DNA of 43,717 nt from contig JAUPVH010000001.1 in NCBI GenBank assembly GCA_030917125.1, forward strand, positions 1 to 43,717, in the 5' to 3' direction. Of this stretch, positions 34,954 through 42,524 are shown one piece after another; position 1 is the first letter of the stretch, and each line of letters starts with the position of its first letter. The DNA is from Patescibacteria group bacterium. Its GTDB lineage: Bacteria; Patescibacteriota; Saccharimonadia; CAILAD01; GCA-016700035. Under the pieces are notes generated by a model. That model searched no databases. It was not told the DNA's origin and worked only from the letters and a program-made list of their open reading frames with translations. A program made the position numbers and the translations under genes.

Positions 34954-37149
34954 ATGAGTAAGGCCAATTACGATCCCTCGGCAACCGAGGCCAAATGGCG
35001 TGCGGTTTGGGATAAGTCGAAAATATACGCGACGCCAGAAAATCCCAAGCGCCCATATTATAATCTCGTGATGTTCCCATATCCATCGGGCAACTTGCAT
35101 GTTGGGCATTGGTATAATTTTGCGCCAGCCGATACACTCGGACGGTTTGAGCGGATGCGTGGCAAAGATGTATTGCAACCACTCGGCTATGACGCCTTCG
35201 GTTTGCCGGCTGAGAATGCGGCAATTAAAAATGGTATTCCAGCGGATGAGTGGACCGATAAAAATACTGTCAGTTTTTATGAGCAGTACAAAACGCTGGG
35301 TGGGATGTATGACTTAGGTCGCTTGGTAAATACCTCCAAACCAGAGTATTACAGGTGGACGCAATGGTTGTTCTTGCAGCTGTATCATGCCGGTAAAGCG
35401 GTGCGCCGCGATGGCACGGTCAACTGGTGCCCGAGTTGTCAGACCGTGCTCGCCAACGAGCAGGTTGTACATGGTGAGTGCGAACGCTGTGGCACAACAG
35501 TCGAGCGTAAAAATCTCAAGCAATGGTATTTTACGATTACCGATTACGCCGATCGTTTGCTCGATGATTTAGATGGGCTCGATTGGCCGGAACGAGTTAA
35601 GCAACAACAGCGCAACTGGATTAGTCGTAGCGAAGGTGCACGCATCGAGTTTACATTGTATGGCAAAGACGAAACGCTCGAGGTATTTACTACTCGTCCG
35701 GATACCATTTTTGGCGCCACCTTTATGGTCGTCGCACCTGAACATCCTTTGGTTGCAGAGCTCACTACTGACAAGCAGCGCGCTGAAGTTGAGCAGTACC
35801 AGCAGTGGGCTGGCGCTCGTACCGATGTTGATCGTATGGAGGCCAAAGAAAAAACTGGCGTGTTTACTGGCGGCTACGTAGTGAACCCGGCAAATGCCGA
35901 AAAAATCCCGGTGTGGGTGGCAGACTATGTGCTGATGGGCTACGGCACTGGTGCCATTATGGCTGTACCAGCCCATGATGAGCGCGACCATGCTTTCGCG
36001 AAGAAATACAATCTACCGATCATTGAGGTTATTGAGCCGGTAACAGGTAAGCATCAGGATAATCCTGAGCACCGTAAGAGTATTGTGGCCTTGGTGCATA
36101 ATCCGCGTACCGACGAAGTTTTAGTGATTAACTGGGGCGCCAAGCAGGGTGGTCATCTTTTGGTGGGTGGTGGTCGTGAGGCGGATGAAGACATTACCGC
36201 TTGTGCAACTCGAGAAGTGATCGAAGAAACAGGCTATACTGGCCTGAAATATATTGGTCAGACCGGCAAAATCCACCATCATTACTTTGCGCACTCTAAG
36301 GGTAAAGCTCGGCACATCGAAGCTGTTGGAGTGCATTTTGAACTCGTTGATAATGAGAAAATCGAAACCAAACTAGAGCGAGATGAGGTTGGGAAGTTTA
36401 GTGTGGAATGGAAGCCAGCCCGCGAAGTTGAAACGATGCTGCAGGATGAGCTGCATAAATACGTGTTTGATGCGTTCTTGCGACAAAATATTCATGCCGG
36501 CACGGGTGTGATGATTAACTCTGGTAAGTTTGATGGCCTGAAAAGTACCGAGGCAAAAAGCCAGATAGTTGCCTGGCTGCATAAAGGTGGTTTTGGTAAA
36601 GCCACCACCAACTACCGGCTGCGTGATTGGCTGATTTCTCGCCAGCGTTACTGGGGCGCGCCAATTCCGATGATTTACTGCGAAGAATGTGGCGTAGTGC
36701 CGGTACCAGAAAAAGATCTGCCGGTTGTTCTACCAGTTGGGCAGGAGTTCGATAAGACTGGCCGCTCACCATTGCACACGCATCCGGATTACGCAAAAGT
36801 TGACTGTCCGCAGTGCGGCAATGCCGATGCTCGCCGCGAGACGGATACCATGGATACATTCGTAGATTCCAGCTGGTACTTTTTGCGCTACCCAAATCCG
36901 AACTATGACAAGGCGGCGTTTGATCCAGAAGCTGTTAAGAAGTGGCTGCCCGTCGATCGTTACATGGGTGGTGTGGAGCACGCTATTTTACATCTTTTGT
37001 ACTCGCGTTTTATTACTAAGTTCTTGCATGATCAAAAGCTCGTAGCTTTTGATGAGCCATTCACCAAGCTAATTAATCAGGGAATGATTCTTGGCCCAGA
37101 TGGTAATAAAATGAGTAAGTCTAAGGGTAACGTTATTGACCCGCTGTAG
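34954..37149 (+). CDS. leuS: leucyl-tRNA synthetase, N-terminal 731-aa fragment (Rossmann fold, CP1 editing domain with inserted Nudix domain, KMSKS), ending at an in-frame TAG
   Basis: [11 protein letters not shown] (HIGH), [31 protein letters not shown] and KMSKSKGN. The -10 tataat (34941-34946) is 7 nt from the ATG. Confidence 0.9.
   Translation: [731 protein letters not shown]
36034..36504 (+). other. Nudix-hydrolase domain inserted inside the LeuRS editing (CP1) domain
   Basis: About 157 residues lie between LPIIEVI and [12 protein letters not shown], where E. coli and B. subtilis (from memory) have about 13-20. A perfect Nudix box [23 protein letters not shown] (Gx5Ex7REVxEExGY) lies at 36169-36237. 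Confidence 0.8.
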
Positions 37150-37152
37150 TAT

Positions 37153-37815
37153 GTGGAGAAATACGGCGCCGACGCGGTACGTTTGTATCTGATGTTTATG
37201 GGGCCGTGGGAAGATGGTGGTCCGTGGGATCCACAGCGCTTTGAAGGTACGTATCGCTTCTTGCAAAAAGTCTATGCCACGATTTCTGCCGCGTATGAAG
37301 TTCAGGAAATTGATGCTGCTGCCGAAACTACGCTGGATTCTGCACTGCACAAACTGGTTAAGAAAGTTACTGAAGATCTGGAAAACACCCGCTTTAACAC
37401 AGCGATTGCTGCCATGATGGAGTACATTACATTGCTTGGAAAAAGCCAACGCGCTGGTGATGTGTCGGTAGAGTTGTGGCGTGAACACGTACAGACCTTC
37501 GTGCGCCTGATTGCTCCATTTGCACCGTTTTTAGCTGAAGAATTGTGGCAAGAACTTGGCGAACAAGAGAGCGTGCATCTGGAAGCTTGGCCAACGTTTG
37601 ATGAAACAAAAGCACGTGATGAGCTCGCAACGATTGCCGTTCAGGTAAATGGTAAGCTGCGCGGTGAGTTTGTCATGGAGGCCGGCAAGTTGCCAGGCGC
37701 AATCGAAGAGCAGGCTCGTGGCTTGAATGCCGAACACAATTGGACACGCGGTGCACAAGTGGTGAAGGTGATTGTGGTACCAGACCGGCTCGTCAACTTT
37801 GTCGTCGCTCGGTAG
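37153..37815 (+). CDS. leuS: leucyl-tRNA synthetase, C-terminal 220-aa fragment (anticodon-binding and C-terminal domains), same frame as the N-fragment
   Basis: [15 protein letters not shown] follows KMSKS exactly as in intact LeuRS. The GTG at 37153 is one codon after the TAG at 37147-37149. Confidence 0.85.
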   Translation: [220 protein letters not shown]

Positions 37816-37835
37816 AGTGGGTGTGTTAACCCGCA

Positions 37836-37864
37836 TTGACAAAAAACTTATTCTTTGCTATAAA
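37836..37864 (+). promoter_or_regulatory. sigma70-like promoter driving a GC-rich cassette
   Basis: ttgaca (37836-37841), 17-nt spacer, tataaa (37859-37864). Confidence 0.5.
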
Positions 37865-37924
37865 TAGCGGGTTATTGCATCTCGCAGTATCCGCACCCCA
37901 TACGAGACCCTTAGGAGGTCCACC

Positions 37925-38467
37925 ATGTCCGTCACGGACGAACCCCGAACCGAGAAGCAGAAGGCGGTCAAGTCACCGCCCCAGCCGATCGACGAGGACA
38001 AGAAGAAGAACAAGGACGTCGTTGTGATCTCCGCAGCTGTCGTCTTCATCTTTGCGTTCTTGGCGTTGGTAGTCTTCCTCAGCAACGTCATCAACATCTC
38101 GCCGGAGGTCAACTCCGCCGAGGACATCGCCACGGTCTACGACCACGCGATCGTCTTGCAGGCTCGAGAGGGCGACACCCTCGAGACCGCCTCGCTGGCA
38201 GTGTTCCCGAACACGCTCATCGAGCAGCGGGTCCGCGAGGACAAGCTCTCCGATGAGGCCAAGGCCCTGGAGTTGGCTCGGTACCAGGCCGAGTGGCTGC
38301 GCTTGTCGCGTCTACTCACCGGCACCACCGGCACCACGCTCACGGCCGGCGAGTTCTTCGCCGTTCCGGCCAAGCCGGACGAACCGGGTGCGATCGATGT
38401 CGATCGAGCACCCACGGAGATCCGTCGGCTCACCGAAGAGGCCCAGCAGGCTTCCTCAGGCGGCTGA
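37925..38467 (+). CDS. hypothetical single-pass membrane protein, 180 aa (GC-rich cassette)
   Basis: AGGAGG Shine-Dalgarno before the ATG. K/D-rich N-terminus, then TM helix VVISAAVVFIFAFLALVVFL. Very strong G/C third-position bias selects this frame over four overlapping track ORFs. Confidence 0.6.
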   Translation: MSVTDEPRTEKQKAVKSPPQPIDEDKKKNKDVVVISAAVVFIFAFLALVVFLSNVINISPEVNSAEDIATVYDHAIVLQAREGDTLETASLAVFPNTLIEQRVREDKLSDEAKALELARYQAEWLRLSRLLTGTTGTTLTAGEFFAVPAKPDEPGAIDVDRAPTEIRRLTEEAQQASSGG

Positions 38468-38485
38468 CCCTCGGGTCGGCAATCA

Positions 38486-38534
38486 GCCCGCGTGCTTTCC
38501 TCCCCCAGGAGAGAGCACGCGGGCATTCTTTTTT
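38486..38534 (+). terminator. intrinsic terminator
   Basis: Stem gcccgcgtgct/agcacgcgggc (11 bp) with an inner tcct/agga extension, followed by attctttttt. Confidence 0.7.
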
Positions 38535-38553
38535 CTTAGACACTTTCAATATG

Positions 38554-38582
38554 TTGACAAAAACTGACAACTAAAGTATAAT
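38554..38582 (+). promoter_or_regulatory. consensus promoter of a leaderless mRNA
   Basis: ttgaca-N17-tataat. The -10 ends 6 nt before ATG 38589, so the predicted start site falls on or next to the A of the ATG. Confidence 0.6.
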
Positions 38583-38588
38583 AAGCGC

Positions 38589-39350
38589 ATGCAAATCGCA
38601 AATCTTGCCAAAAAACTCGAAGCCGTAGGTCTCACTGAAAAGCAGGCCAAAGTGTATGTTGCCGCTCTATTCTTGGGGCCGGCAGCGGTTCAGCGTATTG
38701 CCGAACAAGCTGAGGTTAACCGAGCTACAACCTACGTAATTTTGGCAGAACTTGCGGATATGGGTCTGGTTTCTGAAACTACCGAAGGTAAAAAGACGGT
38801 ATTTGTGGCTGAACCACCAGATGCAATTGATCGTTATCTCGGAGCAATGGAGAAGGAAATTGACGACCGTAAAGTCCAGCTAAAAGGTGTGATGAAAGAA
38901 CTAAATGAAGTGAATCGCTCTGAAATAGCAGGTGATGCGCCAGTTGTAAGGTTTTTTAAGGGGCCTGAAGCAATACTTGCACTTAGCTCATATCTCAAGC
39001 GTAAGGCGAAGCCAAACGAAGTAGTTTATGGTATGACAAATCTTGATGAACTCGACAAGATGGCACCTGGTTATACCGAAACGAATGCGTTGAAACGCAA
39101 GAAAAAGAAAATTGCTGGTAAGGGTTTTTATTCAGGGTCCAGAGAATTAGTTAGTGACCCAGAGTCGTTACGCGAGACTATCAAGCTTACGGAAGATGTT
39201 AGGGCGGACCTCAATCTATACGAGGAAAGAGCAAGTATAGTTACTTACTCTGGCGATCAGCCAGTAGGTATTGTGATTGAGGGTAAAGAACTCGTATCGG
39301 TTTTACGTCAGTTATTCGACCTGGCGTGGAAAAATCACAAGAAGAAGTAG
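38589..39350 (+). CDS. TrmB-family transcriptional regulator
   Basis: N-terminal winged-helix LEAVGLTEKQAKVYVAALFLGPAAVQRIAEQAEVNRATTYVILAELADMGLV, typical of TrmB. C-terminal effector-like domain. Confidence 0.75.
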   Translation: MQIANLAKKLEAVGLTEKQAKVYVAALFLGPAAVQRIAEQAEVNRATTYVILAELADMGLVSETTEGKKTVFVAEPPDAIDRYLGAMEKEIDDRKVQLKGVMKELNEVNRSEIAGDAPVVRFFKGPEAILALSSYLKRKAKPNEVVYGMTNLDELDKMAPGYTETNALKRKKKKIAGKGFYSGSRELVSDPESLRETIKLTEDVRADLNLYEERASIVTYSGDQPVGIVIEGKELVSVLRQLFDLAWKNHKKK

Positions 39351-39362
39351 TGTTAGTTATTA

Positions 39363-39391
39363 TTGACAAATAAGTAATGCTTGTGTATAAT
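39363..39391 (+). promoter_or_regulatory. consensus promoter with no ORF behind it
   Basis: ttgaca (39363-39368), 17-nt spacer, tataat (39386-39391). Confidence 0.55.
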
Positions 39392-39397
39392 TCGAGC

Positions 39398-39805
39398 GTT
39401 GCTAGCAAAAGCAAGAGGTAAGCCAGTCTTCCTCTGGCTGAGCTGAGACTGGGAGGAAGTTACTTCCAGCCTGCCTAACGGCACAACATGACCCGAAAGG
39501 GGTATTGTGATGGGCGAGTTCACCTGAGCTTCCATCCGAACGTCGGCAACGACATCCAGAGGCTTCGCTCGAAAGCCGAACCTGATCTAGCGTAGAACGC
39601 CGGATCGAAGCATGACCCAAACTGCCAGGTGGCGCAAAAAAGTTGGGCGCGCTTGCTCGACATCCTTGAATTAAGCAGCAAATAACGCAAAAAAGACAGG
39701 AAGAAGAGCATCAAATCGAGCATCGGGGTGACCCCGTAACACGCGGGGTCACCCCTAAACATCTCTATTAAGAACTTATGCAAGACCTTAAACGGGTCTT
39801 TTTTT
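39398..39805 (+). ncRNA. candidate ~400-nt structured RNA of unknown class, bounded by its own promoter and terminator
   Basis: No credible ORF; only antisense low-complexity track ORFs. GNRA-capped hairpins (ccc GAAA ggg, gtcg GCAA cgac). ggaag tta cttcc. A 12-bp perfect hairpin 39725-39736/39744-39755. Terminator aagacc/ggtctt plus a T7 run at 39782-39805. Confidence 0.45.
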
Positions 39806-39946
39806 GTGTGTAATGACGGAAAATAATCTAGGTTACTCATAGTCAGCAAATTGTTGCTGATAGAGTTTATCAACAAATAGGCACTATTTTGCGGAATATA
39901 TGAAACTGTACTGATTGAGAGATAGGAGAAAAAATGCAAATAATAA

Positions 39947-39975
39947 TTGACAATAAGGTATGATATTGCTATAAT
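39947..39975 (+). promoter_or_regulatory. consensus promoter of the GC-rich three-gene operon
   Basis: ttgaca (39947-39952), 17-nt spacer, tataat (39970-39975). Confidence 0.55.
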
Positions 39976-40066
39976 CTCATAGATCTGTCAACCCCGCTTA
40001 GCGCGGGTGTAGATGGATGCAACTTCGCAAATCCAATCCCAATTCCACCCATCAAGGAGTCCCAAC

Positions 40067-40768
40067 GTGTCCAACGACACCAGCAACGAGACCAGCCTGG
40101 CAGTTCCCGCACCATCGCGTCGCGCGCTCGCGCTCGTCGAGATGACCGAGACTGTCCAGGAGCTCATCGACACCCACGGCGTCGAGCTCGACATCCCTGT
40201 CGAGCAGGTCGCCAGCATGGCGGTGGAGCGCAAGCTCTCCGTCGAAGAGGTCGACGCTTTGCTCCTGGCTCGCCAGGACTACGCCGCCCGCTTCCCGGTG
40301 ATGGATCTGCTGCTTCGCAGCGGCTTCACCACCGATCAGATCCATGCGGCCTACGCCTTCGTGGATCAGCATGACCTCGAGCAGGATCGCAAGATCGAGG
40401 CTGCGCCCATCTCGGGCGTGGTCGAGGAGCCCGAGAGTCTGGCCGACCTGGTGCGTCGTTCGACCACCGAGCCGGCCCGTGCCCGCGAGCATGAGGGTGC
40501 GACCGAGATGGACGTGAATCGTCGTCACAAGTACGTGGCGATGATCGCAACCTGGTTCGCAACCTTCGACGTCTTCGACGACCTCGCTGAGGATCTCGAT
40601 GGCGCCATCAGTCTGTTGACCGACCTCGCCGCCAAGGCGCGCGAGGCGCGTTTCGTCAAGGCCGAGATGAACGACCTCGATGTACTCACGAGACTGCTGG
40701 TTCGAGTTCAGGGCCAGGGTATCGAGACGTACGACGGGGTCCTCCGACTCTTCGCCGAAAGGAGCTGA
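40067..40768 (+). CDS. hypothetical acidic protein (GC-rich operon, gene 1)
   Basis: GTG 40067 has an AAGGAG Shine-Dalgarno at 40054-40059 (the track start ATG 40013 is possible but lacks one). Third-position G/C bias selects this frame over the antisense and alternative ORFs. No motif recognised. Confidence 0.5.
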   Translation: MSNDTSNETSLAVPAPSRRALALVEMTETVQELIDTHGVELDIPVEQVASMAVERKLSVEEVDALLLARQDYAARFPVMDLLLRSGFTTDQIHAAYAFVDQHDLEQDRKIEAAPISGVVEEPESLADLVRRSTTEPARAREHEGATEMDVNRRHKYVAMIATWFATFDVFDDLAEDLDGAISLLTDLAAKAREARFVKAEMNDLDVLTRLLVRVQGQGIETYDGVLRLFAERS

Positions 40769-40773
40769 AGAAC

Positions 40774-41874
40774 ATGACGGGAATCAACCCGTTTCTGGTG
40801 CTCGGTCTGAACGTGACGGTGCTGGGGGGATTGTCCGATGAGGACATCCTCCAGCTCGCCAAGAGTCAGTACCGAGCACTCTCGCAGATCCATCACCCCG
40901 ATCGCGGTGGTGATGCCGATCTGTTCGCACTCCTCTCGGATGCCTACGAGTCCCTCCAGGACTCACGGGCCCGTCAGGAGAAGCTCGAGGAGTACCGCAC
41001 CTCTCGTTTGGACCAGCTCACGCTGGTCCAGCAGGAGCTCACGGATCTCGAGCGTCAACGTCGACGAGATAATCGTCGACTTCGCCGACATACCGCCGAC
41101 TTCATGGCGGACTTCGTGCGGTCACAGCACACCGAGACGGCCCAGCCGCTCAACGTGCACGATCTCACGCTGGTCGTGCAGGATCGGCACTCCGACTTCA
41201 TGTCGGGGGCTCTGTCGACCGACGCTGAGCGGAACAAGGCGGAGTTCATCGAGCACTACACTACGCATGGCTTCAAGGTCGTGCGGCGCGTTGGTGGTCA
41301 CGTTTCGGTGGCAGACTTGCAGGTAATGCAGGTGATGCCATCGAGCGACTTCACGCCGGCCCGCTTCAAGCAGTTTGCTGCCGAGTTCACCCACGTCGGT
41401 GCCCGTAAGAAGGCGCCGTACCCCAGCTACAACAGCTGGTACCGGGTGGACCTTGAGTCGACTGAGGCTTACGAGAATCAGTTGCGACAGCTTGAGATTG
41501 AGGCAGAAGCCGAGGGTCGTACCCTCGAGGATGCCCCAATCGATCCGACGTCAGCGCTCTACTGCTACGAAGAGCAGTCGACAGAAGCGACCGACTGGGC
41601 GCTGATTGGCACACTGTCAGACGGCCTCATCGGAACCGACGCCAGGGGCGACGCTGCTCCTGGTGCAGCCATGGAGCGCATGCTCGAGTCGGCTGCCGTG
41701 CCGAATCTCCGCGAGGAGCTCGAGCGCGGTTATAGCTTCGAGCGGTTCCAGTACTACCTGGACCAGCTCGAAGCTGAATTCTCCGAAGATGGTTACCTTG
41801 TGGCCGCGCGCCTTGAGGACGACCAAATTCGGTTCATGCTGGTGGGGAAGATCGTCCCTCATCAGGAACTCTGA
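40774..41874 (+). CDS. J-domain (DnaJ-like) protein with an uncharacterised ~290-aa C-terminal region (GC-rich operon, gene 2)
   Basis: N-terminal INPFLVLGL...LAKSQYRALSQIHHPDRGGDADLFALLSDAYESL carries the HPD tripeptide in a J-domain helix II/III context. No Gly/Phe or zinc-finger DnaJ regions. AAAGGAG Shine-Dalgarno. Starts 5 nt after the gene 1 stop. Confidence 0.75.
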   Translation: MTGINPFLVLGLNVTVLGGLSDEDILQLAKSQYRALSQIHHPDRGGDADLFALLSDAYESLQDSRARQEKLEEYRTSRLDQLTLVQQELTDLERQRRRDNRRLRRHTADFMADFVRSQHTETAQPLNVHDLTLVVQDRHSDFMSGALSTDAERNKAEFIEHYTTHGFKVVRRVGGHVSVADLQVMQVMPSSDFTPARFKQFAAEFTHVGARKKAPYPSYNSWYRVDLESTEAYENQLRQLEIEAEAEGRTLEDAPIDPTSALYCYEEQSTEATDWALIGTLSDGLIGTDARGDAAPGAAMERMLESAAVPNLREELERGYSFERFQYYLDQLEAEFSEDGYLVAARLEDDQIRFMLVGKIVPHQEL

Positions 41875-41894
41875 GACACAACAAGGAGGACCAA

Positions 41895-42182
41895 GTGGGA
41901 CGAACCCCGCGACGCACCCCCACAAAGGAGGAGCTCGACAAGTGGGAGCAGCTGCTGGCCGGCGACGGCCTGGCAGCAATCCCCGACGAGCACCCTGATG
42001 AAGGGGAACCACCAACCGAGTTCGAAGTCGGTCTCGGCTCCGCGTCAGCTCCCCCTGACGATGAGGAGTCCGAGGCTCTCGAACTGGGTGCGGATCTGCC
42101 CGATGGCATGGACGGTGAGGACGAACTCGTGGATGAACACGAGGGAGACCTCCACGCCTACATCATCGTGGACGAGGGCTGA
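41895..42182 (+). CDS. hypothetical highly acidic protein, 95 aa (GC-rich operon, gene 3)
   Basis: GTG start with an AAGGAGG Shine-Dalgarno at 41883-41889. D/E-rich sequence. The terminator follows. Confidence 0.5.
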   Translation: MGRTPRRTPTKEELDKWEQLLAGDGLAAIPDEHPDEGEPPTEFEVGLGSASAPPDDEESEALELGADLPDGMDGEDELVDEHEGDLHAYIIVDEG

Positions 42183-42205
42183 GCTTTCGAGTTCGGCTTC
42201 TCAAG

Positions 42206-42236
42206 CGGCCAGCGCATGCGCTGGCCGTTACTTTTT
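42206..42236 (+). terminator. intrinsic terminator of the three-gene operon
   Basis: cggccagcg catg cgctggccg (9-bp stem) followed by ttacttttt. Confidence 0.7.
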
Positions 42237-42409
42237 ACTGACGTACTCTGACGCATAATTAAGCTATCGATAATAAAATCTGACAAATAAATGCACTTTT
42301 TCATGCTGAAATTCAGTTTATTTATAGTTAAAATAACAGTTTTTATACGAAAATCTACAGATACATAGCTAGTTTTCAGCAAAAAATCATAATAAATTGA
42401 CAATAAGTA

Positions 42410-42438
42410 TTGACAAAAAATATAGCATATGCTACTAT
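42410..42438 (+). promoter_or_regulatory. promoter with an operator-like perfect palindrome in the spacer
   Basis: ttgaca (42410-42415; a second ttgaca at 42397-42402), 17-nt spacer, tactat (42433-42438). The 12-bp palindrome tagcatatgcta lies at 42423-42434. Confidence 0.45.
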
Positions 42439-42467
42439 ATCATCATTGTGAATTTCGTCAGGAGTTC

Positions 42468-42524
42468 ATGACAAAAAAGAACCTTTACTTTAGCTGGCTG
42501 GTGGTCATATTTTTGTGCGAGTAA
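42468..42524 (+). CDS. 18-codon upstream ORF / leader peptide MTKKNLYFSWLVVIFLCE
   Basis: AGGAG at 42460-42464, 3 nt before the ATG. The ORF runs through the 5' arm of the start-codon-sequestering hairpin. Hydrophobic peptide. Confidence 0.35.
   Translation: MTKKNLYFSWLVVIFLCE

Noticed and set aside
39353-39939. Minus-strand ORFs 39353..39535, 39402..39620 and 39520..39939 lie within the candidate ncRNA locus.
   Set aside because: They have no ribosome-binding site or promoter on that strand, and their sequences are implausible and low-complexity. The region is bracketed by a + strand consensus promoter and terminator.
40052-42109. Multiple alternative-frame and antisense ORFs lie inside the J-domain operon: 40052..40528, 40326..40562, 40838..41326, 41617..42015, 41606..41998 and 41834..42109.
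   Set aside because: Long spurious ORFs are expected at about 65-70% GC. They lack ribosome-binding sites and have Arg/Ser/Pro-rich composition. The three chosen frames have strong Shine-Dalgarno sites, tight spacing and third-position G/C bias.
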